Origin: an uncultured Chloroflexia bacterium
Lineage (GTDB): Bacteria > Chloroflexota > Limnocylindria > Limnocylindrales > CSP1-4
DNA length: 64,000 bases
Direction of reading: 5' to 3'
Assembly: GCA_963734535.1 (NCBI GenBank)
Contig: CAVTHS010000008.1
Span: forward strand, 489,155 to 553,154
A model generated the notes under the pieces. It searched no databases and was not told the DNA's origin. It saw nothing but the letters and a program-made list of their open reading frames with translations. A program made the translations under genes and the position numbers. Positions 56,825 to 64,000 of the stretch are shown in pieces; the stretch's first letter is position 1; each line of letters begins with the position of its first letter.

Positions 56825-57994
56825 TTACGGCCGGTACTCGACGCCCTTCGCGGAGGCGGGGTTCGGGCGCCGCGGGAGGGCGGTCCCGACGAGCGCGTCG
56901 TACCGGGCCAGCCCTCGCCGCGCGCAGGCGGCCGCCAGCTCGTCCACCAGCCGGACCGGCAGCGTCGGGTCCGCGAAGATCGCCGTCCCGACCTGGACCG
57001 CGACGGCCCCGGCAGCGAGGAAGTCGAGCACGTCGTCGAGCCCGGTCACCCCGCCGATGGCGATGATGGGGATGCCCACCACCTGGGCGACTTCGTAGAC
57101 GATTCGGAGCGCAACCGGCTTGATGGCCGGTCCCGAGAGCCCGCCATACGTGTTGCCGAGGAACGGGCCCGTGCGGTCCGCCCGCAGCGCCATCCCCGAG
57201 AGCGTGTTGATCGCCGAGAGGGCGTCGGCGCCGGCCTCGGCGACCGCCGCCGCGATCGGCCGGATGTCGGCGACGTTGGGTGAGAGCTTGACGATGAGGG
57301 GCAGCTCGGTGGCACGCCGGACGGCGCGCGTCACGGCCGCCGCGGCCTCCTGGTCGATCGCGAACTGGAGCCCGCCCTTGCCGACGTTCGGGCAGCTGAT
57401 GTTGAGCTCGATTCCCGCGATCCCCGGCACCAGGTCGAGCTTCCTGACCACGCCGACGTAGTCCTCGATCGACTCGCCGGCGACGTTCACGATCACGGGG
57501 ACCTTCCAGCCCGCCCATTGCGCCGCGTACCGATCCAGCACCGCGTCCACGCCGGGGTTCTGGAGGCCGATGGAGTTCAGCATCCCGGCGGGCGTCTCGG
57601 TCACGCGGGGCGGGCGGTTGCCCTGGCGGGGTCGAAGCGTCGTTCCCTTGCAGCAGATCGCCCCGAGCCGCTCGACGTCGACGACGTCCGCGTACTCCAC
57701 GCCGTAGCCGAACGTCCCGGACGCCACGAGTATCGGGTTGCGCAGGACGAGGCCGCGCCCGAGATCCACCGAGAGGTCCACGGCGCTGGAGCGTGCCGCA
57801 TCCTCGACCGGCCGGCCGGTCGCCGCCGCGGGCGAGGCGGGCGCAGATCCGAACGCCGGCCTCGGCTCGAGGATCGCGCTCCTGAACGCACGGACGGTCG
57901 GCGTGCGCCGGATCTTCGGGGCGGGCGCGTTCGCGGCGCCGCGCGACGGGGGCCCGCCCTTGCCCTGGGTCACGACGCGCCGTCTCGCCTTCAT
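56825..57994 (-). CDS. pyrD: Dihydroorotate dehydrogenase 1B catalytic subunit
   Basis: Motifs ASGTFGYG, GMLNSIGLQNPG, ELNISCPN, KLSPN, GGLSG. Confidence 0.93.
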   Translation of the reverse strand: MKARRRVVTQGKGGPPSRGAANAPAPKIRRTPTVRAFRSAILEPRPAFGSAPASPAAATGRPVEDAARSSAVDLSVDLGRGLVLRNPILVASGTFGYGVEYADVVDVERLGAICCKGTTLRPRQGNRPPRVTETPAGMLNSIGLQNPGVDAVLDRYAAQWAGWKVPVIVNVAGESIEDYVGVVRKLDLVPGIAGIELNISCPNVGKGGLQFAIDQEAAAAVTRAVRRATELPLIVKLSPNVADIRPIAAAVAEAGADALSAINTLSGMALRADRTGPFLGNTYGGLSGPAIKPVALRIVYEVAQVVGIPIIAIGGVTGLDDVLDFLAAGAVAVQVGTAIFADPTLPVRLVDELAAACARRGLARYDALVGTALPRRPNPASAKGVEYRP

Positions 57995-58869
57995 CGCGCG
58001 CCCGACCCGGTCCCGGCCGTGGCGTCCCAGTCGATCTCGTCGAAGGCGAACACCGGGCCCTCGCGGCAGACGCGCTGCGGCCCGTCGACACCCCAGACCA
58101 CGCAGCCCAGGCAGGCGCCGACCGCGCAGCCCATGTGCTGCTCCATCGCGACCTGCAGGAAGGCCTTCTTCCGGGCCGCCGCCGACCCGGGCGGGACGGG
58201 CCGGCCACCGCCGCGCTTGCGCCCGAGCGTCGCGACGCCGAGCCGGCCCTTCCGCCCGGCGACCTGCGCCGCCAGCGTCCGCAGCATCGGCAGCGGGCCG
58301 CAGGCGAAGGCCTGGTCGGCCCAGGCCTCGTACTCGAGGACGAGATCCGTCACGAACCCGTGATGGCCAACCGACCCGTCATCCGTCGCGACCACGTATT
58401 CCAGCTCGTCCGGGAGGAGCGACGATGGATACACCTCCGACGTGTCGCGACACCCGTAGAGCAGGACCACCTGGCGCCCATCGCGGAGCGCCTCGTCGAT
58501 GAGCAGCCGGAGGTCGGCGATCCCCAGCCCGCCGGCGACCAGGAGCAGGTGCCGGCTCCGGGGATCGACCTGGAAGCCCTGCCCGAGCGGGCCAAGCATG
58601 TCGACGCGCTCGCCGGGCCGAAGGTTCGTCATCCAGGCGGTCCCGCGACCCACCTCCCGGAAGTGCAGCGAGATCGCGCCCGTCGCCGGGTCCGCGGTGT
58701 TGATCGTGAACGGCCGGCGCAGGACGAGCCCCGACCAGTCGCCCGTTCGAACGTGCACGAACTGCCCGGCCCGGGCCGCCGATGCCAGCGTCGGGGCGTG
58801 GTACTGCTGGAGCCACTGGCCCGGCAGGATCTGGCGGCTCTCCTGGAGCTCGGCGTCGACGAGCAGCAT
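57991..58869 (-). CDS. pyrK: Dihydroorotate dehydrogenase electron transfer subunit
   Basis: Motifs GQFV, LRRP, GPLG, AGGLG, ACGP, MGCAVGACLGC...VCREGPVF. Confidence 0.92.
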   Translation of the reverse strand: MLLVDAELQESRQILPGQWLQQYHAPTLASAARAGQFVHVRTGDWSGLVLRRPFTINTADPATGAISLHFREVGRGTAWMTNLRPGERVDMLGPLGQGFQVDPRSRHLLLVAGGLGIADLRLLIDEALRDGRQVVLLYGCRDTSEVYPSSLLPDELEYVVATDDGSVGHHGFVTDLVLEYEAWADQAFACGPLPMLRTLAAQVAGRKGRLGVATLGRKRGGGRPVPPGSAAARKKAFLQVAMEQHMGCAVGACLGCVVWGVDGPQRVCREGPVFAFDEIDWDATAGTGSGAR

Positions 58870-58932
58870 GCGGCGCGTTCGGTTCGGCGGCGTGCGGTGC
58901 GCGGCCGCGCGACGGCCGTCTCTGCCGGGCGG

Positions 58933-59877
58933 CTAGCGGTCGGCCTTGGGCTGCGCGCCGGCGTCGGCGGCCGGCTCGTCGTCCTCGGCGTCGTCGCCCT
59001 CGTCGTCCTCGTCGTCCTCGCCGGCCTCCTCCTCGTCGTCGTCCGCCTCGTCGAGCTCGGGGGCGACGGCCGGGTAGGCCTCCGCGATGGCGTCGGCGAT
59101 GTCGCCGAAGACGTCGGTCGGGTCGTAGAACTCGACGAGCTCCTCGGGCGTGGTGAGCTTGCGCCACTCGCCCTCCTCGCCCTCCGGCTCCACCTCGGCG
59201 TGGATCTGGCCGGTCCGCGACAGGGAGAGGCGCTCGTCGTCGTCGTCGATGACGATCATGTCGCCGACCTGCTCGGCGAGGCCGCCCGCGGCGACCTGGA
59301 ACTGCTCGATCAGGCGCGCCTCGGCGAGCTGGCTGCGCTCCTGGTAGGTGAGCGCGAGGTCGTACAGCTTGTGCGCGGCCGACGTCTCGTCGTCCGCGTC
59401 GAGCGGCTGCCCGGCGGCCCAGTCGTCGGCGGCCCCGGCGTAGGCGACATCGGCTTCCGGCGAGACCGACTCCTCCTGTGCGATCCCGGCCACGCTCAAG
59501 AGCTCGTCAGCCGCGGTCGGCTCGGGCTCCAGGCCCGCCGCCTCGCGGGCAGCCTCGGCGAACGCCGCGTAGACGTCGGCAGGGTTGTAGAGCTCGACCA
59601 GCTCGGCAGCGCTCTCGATCACCTCCGTCTCGCTGACCCACTCGCCCGTCGCCTCGTCCTGGAAGCGGGTCCGGCTGCGGAACGAGAGGTCCGGCGCGAC
59701 CGACAGGTAGTCGGGGTCGTCATCGATCAGCGTCATGCCGCCGATCTCCTTGATCCGCGCGGCATTCGCCTCCAGGAACCCCTGCAGCTGGTCCGCGGAT
59801 CGGACGAGGAAATCCGAGCGCTCGAGGGCGGCGTCGCGGGCGAGCTCGCCGAGCAGATCGGTGCGGTTCGCGTCCAT
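58933..59877 (-). CDS. Very acidic hypothetical protein with internally duplicated domain
   Basis: Two repeats ending ELVELYNPADV and ELVEFYDPTDV; D/E-rich tail; SD AAGGAGG. Confidence 0.8.
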   Translation of the reverse strand: MDANRTDLLGELARDAALERSDFLVRSADQLQGFLEANAARIKEIGGMTLIDDDPDYLSVAPDLSFRSRTRFQDEATGEWVSETEVIESAAELVELYNPADVYAAFAEAAREAAGLEPEPTAADELLSVAGIAQEESVSPEADVAYAGAADDWAAGQPLDADDETSAAHKLYDLALTYQERSQLAEARLIEQFQVAAGGLAEQVGDMIVIDDDDERLSLSRTGQIHAEVEPEGEEGEWRKLTTPEELVEFYDPTDVFGDIADAIAEAYPAVAPELDEADDDEEEAGEDDEDDEGDDAEDDEPAADAGAQPKADR

Positions 59878-59929
59878 GGCTGGCGCCTCCTTGTCGATTG
59901 ATTTCCCGGGCCGTCGTCGGCGCCCGGCG

Positions 59930-60265
59930 CTAGGGGTGGAAGACGAGATCGGTGCCCATCCGCTCGCGGAGGAACATCGAGTGATGCCGCTCGAAGATCC
60001 ACTCGCCGGCCCGGTGGCCGAGCACGCGGGAGGCCTCGTCGGCCTCGAGCTTGTCGAGCGTCGCGTAGTCGGGCAGGTCCAACAGGATCACGTTGTCGAA
60101 GTCCCAGCCGTGGGCGACGTTGTACCAGCCCATGAACCGGATACCGAACTTCTCCTCGTACTCCCGCACCTGCCGCGGAAAGATCGTGCGCATGAAGAAC
60201 TTGAAGAACGGGTCGCGCCCGCGCCGGACGGTGAAGTACGTCGCGAGCACCGGCACGGCCGTCAA
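59930..60265 (-). CDS. Hypothetical NIPSNAP/dabb-like protein
   Basis: SD AAGGAGG before TTG; GIRFMGWY..DLPDYA pattern. Confidence 0.7.
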   Translation of the reverse strand: MTAVPVLATYFTVRRGRDPFFKFFMRTIFPRQVREYEEKFGIRFMGWYNVAHGWDFDNVILLDLPDYATLDKLEADEASRVLGHRAGEWIFERHHSMFLRERMGTDLVFHP

Positions 60266-60338
60266 CCCTCCTTCTCACCGGCCCTCCCGGTGGTTCGGGG
60301 GCACGTGCCCCCAGCCTGGTCGCCGTTCGCGGCGAACG

Positions 60339-60902
60339 CTATTCTCGCACGCCCTCCGACCCGGGCTCGACCGTCGGCGAAGGGGGTGTCCCAGCGGGAT
60401 CGGCCGAAACCTCGCCGTCTGCATCGTCGTCGGGAGCGATCACGCCGTCGACCGCGGCGTCGTCGACGGCGGCGCCCACGGCTTCCGGCGCCCCGAGGAG
60501 CGCGTCCTCCAGCTGGCCCACGGTCGGCGTTGCGCTCGCCAGGGGCCGGCGACGTCCTGCGTCGCGGCGATCGGACGCGACGAGCCGGAGCAGGAAGATC
60601 AGCGTCTGTCCCACGAAGAGGAGAAGGCCCAGCGCCACGAAGAGGAGGGCAGCGAGGACCTCGAACGGCCAGTTCAGCTTCACCCCGATGGGGATGAGGG
60701 CCAGGAAGAAGACGAGGACCGCCGCCTGGAACCAGAAGCAGCCAAGGCCAGGGCCGCGCGCCGGATCCAGCTCCGCCCCCTTGTACGCGGGACGGCGCGA
60801 CGTCACGTCCGCGGAGCTGCGGCGCTCGCCGGCTGGCGCCGGCGCCTCGGGTCCGGGCGTGTCGTCGTCGAGAGCAGGCGCGGGCGTCACGTCGTCGGTC
60901 AT
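60339..60902 (-). CDS. Hypothetical membrane protein (two TM)
   Basis: YKGAELDPARGPGLGCFWFQ followed by two hydrophobic helices. Confidence 0.7.
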   Translation of the reverse strand: MTDDVTPAPALDDDTPGPEAPAPAGERRSSADVTSRRPAYKGAELDPARGPGLGCFWFQAAVLVFFLALIPIGVKLNWPFEVLAALLFVALGLLLFVGQTLIFLLRLVASDRRDAGRRRPLASATPTVGQLEDALLGAPEAVGAAVDDAAVDGVIAPDDDADGEVSADPAGTPPSPTVEPGSEGVRE

Positions 60903-61132
60903 GGAGTCGGAGATCCTCGGGGGCCCGGCAGGGCATTTGGTTGCGTCACCGTGACGATACGCCGCGACGATCCCGGCCGTCCGGGTCGCACGGCACCCGG
61001 CGCGACGGGCGGGCGGTTGCCGGACAGCCGGCGCCCGGCGCCCGCTGCCCGGCGCGAAGGGTGTCCGGCACCCGGCACGGCCCCGCGAATCGCGGGCCGG
61101 GAGCGCGAGCCGTCCGGTACGATCTCCCGACG

Positions 61133-62816
61133 ATGGACGACGCGATCCCCGGCCGCGGCCTCGCGGCGGCGCCCGACGACCCCCTGGCCCGCTTTCGCTG
61201 GCACCCGGAGCCGGAGCTGCTCGGGATCGGCGACGAGGCGGCCAGCCGGGCGGCCCTCGAGCGGCTGGGCGAGACGGCCTGGCGGACGAGCCTGGACTAT
61301 CTCTACAGGGAGGGCATCCGCCGCGGCACGGGCCCGGAGACGTACGCCGAGCTCCGCGCGCTCCACTTCGGCGCGACGAGGCCTGCCGGGCCACGCGCCG
61401 GCGTCCCCGACACGTGCCGCGGAGGTGCTGGCGGAGTTCACGGCACGGCTCGCGCCGTACCAGCTCAACCCATACCACCCCGGCGTCCTCTCGTACTTCA
61501 CGCCGCCGCCGCTCGCGCTCTCGATCGTGGGCGAGCTCCTCGGCCAGTGGATCAACCAGGGGATCGACGTCTACCAGGCCGGCCCGGTCGGCGCCTTCGT
61601 CGAGGAGGAGGTCAACCGCTGGCTGTGCGACCTCGTCGGCTACGGCCCGGCGAGCTGGGGCGTGCTGACCTCGGGCGGCACGATGGCCAACCTCATGGCG
61701 CTCACGGTCGTCCGCGACGTCCACCTCGCACGGCTTTCGGCGGCGACCGAGGCTGGGCTGCCGGCGGCGGCGGCGCTCGATCCGGCCCGCCTCGTCGCCG
61801 GCGGGGTGAACGCGTACCCGGCCGTGCCGCGCGGCGCGGCGCTCGACGGCGTTCGCGTCTATGCCAGCGACCAGGCCCACTTCTCGGTCGCGAAGGCGCT
61901 CGACATCCTGGGGTTCCCGGAAGCGACGCTGCACGTCGTGCCGTCGGATCCGCGCTTCCGGCTGCGCGGCGCGGACGTCGCAGCGGCGATCGAGGAGGAC
62001 TCCACGGCCGGCCTGCGGCCGCTCGCCATCGCGGCCGTCGCGGGGAGCACGAACACGGGCGCGGTGGATGCCACCGGCGAGCTGGCCGACGTGGCCGAAG
62101 CGAACGGGCTCTGGCTCCACGTCGACGCGGCCTACGGGGGCGCCGCGCTCCTCTCGGCGCGCGACGCCGGTCGAGTGCCGGACCTTGCCCGGGCGGATTC
62201 GATCACGATCGACCCGCACAAGTGGTTCTTCCAGGCCTACGACATCGGCGGCCTCCTGGTCCGCCGGCACGACGACCTGAAGCACACGTTCCACCGCGAG
62301 CCGGAGTACTACCGCCACGGCCACCCGGGCGAGGAGCCGATCCACTGGCACCAGTACAGCTTCGAGGGAACACGCCGCTTCCGCGCCCTCAAGCTCTGGG
62401 CGAGCTGGAAGCACCTCGGGACGGCGGGCTTCGGGCGGCTCGTGGAGATGAACGTCGACCTCGCGGCGCACCTTGCGGCGCGGATCGCTGAAAGCGACGA
62501 CCTCGACGGGATCCCGGACGGCGCGCCGGACCTGTCGGTCGTCTGCTTCCGCCACGTCCCGGGCGGGCGGGCCCGGGCGGCGGCGATCGATGCGGCCGAT
62601 CCCACGGCGCTCGACCGCTACACGGACGTCCTCTGCGCGGCGCTGAATCGCACCGGCGAAGGCTGGCTGTCGACCACGATCCTGCGCGGCCGGACGTACC
62701 TGCGGGCGGGGATCGTCAACTACCTGAGCACGGCCGCCGCTGTCGACGCCGTCCTCGCGACGCTCCGGCGGCTCTCGCCCGCGGCGGCCGATGCTGCGGG
62801 CATCCACGCGGCGTAG
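61133..62816 (+). CDS. PLP-dependent group II amino acid decarboxylase (frameshift near 61385)
   Basis: Motifs HP, TSGGTMAN, AHFSVAK, AGSTNTGAVD, HVDAAYGG, DPHKW. Confidence 0.85.
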
Positions 62817-62931
62817 GCAGGCACGAGCCGCGGGGGTTCCCGGGCGCTCCGATCAGGGTGCGGCGCGCCACGGCGCAGCGGTCCCTCACGGCGACCGGCC
62901 AGCACGGCCCGTACCCCCCGGCCAGGGCGCG

Positions 62932-62985
62932 GCGGTCCACGGCGCTGCGGTCCACGGCGCTGCGGTCCACGGCGCTGCGGTCCAC
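62932..62985. repeat. 15-nt tandem repeat, about 3.6 copies
   Basis: GCGGTCCACGGCGCT repeated. Confidence 0.8.
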
Positions 62986-63024
62986 CGGGCGGCGACCGGG
63001 AGTCACCGCCCCGGTACGCGCGGA

Positions 63025-63234
63025 ATCGCACGTGAAGTCCACACTCCGGGGGCCGCCGCAGCTGTCGCTCTCGCTGGCCGGCCGCGGTCGGGACCAGTGC
63101 GCCCGCGAGCGGCTCCGCGGCGAGCATCAGGGCCGTCCACACGGCGACCCGCGAGCCCTGAGTGGGCCGCCGCGGGACCGAAGCCTGCCGTCGTCGGTGC
63201 GCGCGCAGAGGGTCGTGTTCACTTCACGTGCAAT
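63025..63234. repeat. Inverted doublet of a 20-bp motif (REPIN/MITE-like), copy 2
   Basis: ATCGCACGTGAAGTCCACAC at 63025-63044 (+) and ATTGCACGTGAAGTGAACAC at 63215-63234 (-). Confidence 0.75.
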
Positions 63235-63294
63235 TCCACGGGTTCGCGGGCAGCCAGCAATGATTGGCAGTTCAGTCGACGTGCGACCAGGCAC

Positions 63295-63339
63295 GATTGG
63301 CAGCCGGGCGACGGGCAGCCGGGAGACGAGCAGCCAGGC
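63295..63339. repeat. Degenerate 15-nt tandem repeat, 3 copies
   Basis: GATTGGCAGCCGGGC / GACGGGCAGCCGGGA / GACGAGCAGCCAGGC. Confidence 0.55.
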
Positions 63340-63439
63340 GGCGATTGCACACAGGCGGCGACGAGCCCGGGATCGCCGGCAGCCCCGGCTCGAGCGGGTC
63401 GCCGGGCGGGTCACGGGACGCCGGAGAGGCGGCCGAGGA

Positions 63440-64000
63440 TCAGGGCAGCGATCGCTCCCGGCCCGCCCGCCAGTCCGCGAGGCGATACCACTCCCCCACC
63501 GCCGGCAGGAACCAGGGCCGGCCCTCGTACGGGGCCGGCACCAGCGGGAAGCGCAGCGACGCGAGGGCCGGGGCCGGCTCGCCGGCGAGGATCCAGCCTG
63601 CCGCGCGGTGACCGAGGTACGGGAGGATCGCGACGCCGCTCCCGCAGCAGCCGCTCGCGTACGTGATCCCTCCGAGCCGGCCCACGTGGGGCATGCGGTC
63701 GAACGTGAAGCCGACCTTGCCACCCCACGCGTACGCAACCCGCACGCCGGCGAGCTGCGGGTGCACCCGGAGCATGCCCCGGTGCAGGATCCGCGCCGTC
63801 TTCTCGACCGACGATGGCCAGAACGAGGCGCGCCCGCCGAAGAGCATCCGCCGGTCCGGTGTGAGGCGCCAGTAGTAGAGGAAGTTCTTCGAGTCGAAGA
63901 ACATCCGGCCGTTCGGGCTGATCTCGTGGGCAAGATCCTCGGACAGCGGCTCCGTGGCGATGATGTAGCTGCCGATCGGCATGACCCGCCGGCGGAGCTC
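63440..64000 (-). CDS. FAD-dependent oxidoreductase (DAO/PuuB-like), 5'-partial
   Basis: Motifs SYIIATEPL, YWRLTPD.RMLFGG, WGG...T.DRMPHVG, G.G. Confidence 0.85.
   Translation of the reverse strand, partial: ELRRRVMPIGSYIIATEPLSEDLAHEISPNGRMFFDSKNFLYYWRLTPDRRMLFGGRASFWPSSVEKTARILHRGMLRVHPQLAGVRVAYAWGGKVGFTFDRMPHVGRLGGITYASGCCGSGVAILPYLGHRAAGWILAGEPAPALASLRFPLVPAPYEGRPWFLPAVGEWYRLADWRAGRERSLP

Noticed and set aside
62932-62985. Possible CRISPR array (also 14415-14460, 44981-45043, 45835-46010)
   Set aside because: Short tandem units without unique spacers; no cas genes

Overview
High-GC (about 70%) bacterial chromosomal window, densely coding. The gene style suggests Chloroflexota (Limnocylindria/Ellin6529-like) or an actinobacterium; this is inference only. 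From left to right it holds: the end of a sugar ABC operon with a glucoamylase-like/DUF3131 hydrolase, a GH39 and a GH94 phosphorylase (probable beta-1,2-glucan locus); several regulator modules; DegV, VOC and GYD genes; a divergent fluoride-riboswitch locus; sodN-sodX; LLM oxidoreductases; MarR-MFS-Rieske; a SpoIID/FG-GAP protein; LOG, ArsC, ACT and DUF5612-like genes; xth, folE, ribD-like and cydAB; a Rieske oxygenase; a beta-CASP nuclease; a disrupted HTH-PD-(D/E)XK gene; a ctaA-ctaB fusion; an FAD oxidase-glpD-FGGY cluster; pyrK-pyrD-pyrE; a PLP decarboxylase; and a partial FAD oxidoreductase. The main finding is two back-to-back fluoride (crcB-type) riboswitches, each with its own sigma70-type promoter and attenuator hairpin. 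One controls a pair of truncated MutS-like ATPases plus a small helical protein. The other controls a catalytically dead pyrophosphatase-like domain fused to PH-like domains. No fluoride exporter is present in the window. A second finding is a 20-bp motif arranged as two inverted doublets (REPIN/MITE-like), one of which abuts the HTH-nuclease gene. Several frameshifts may be assembly indels. No rRNA, tRNA or CRISPR array was recognised. All family assignments are by eye from remembered motifs, not from database searches.
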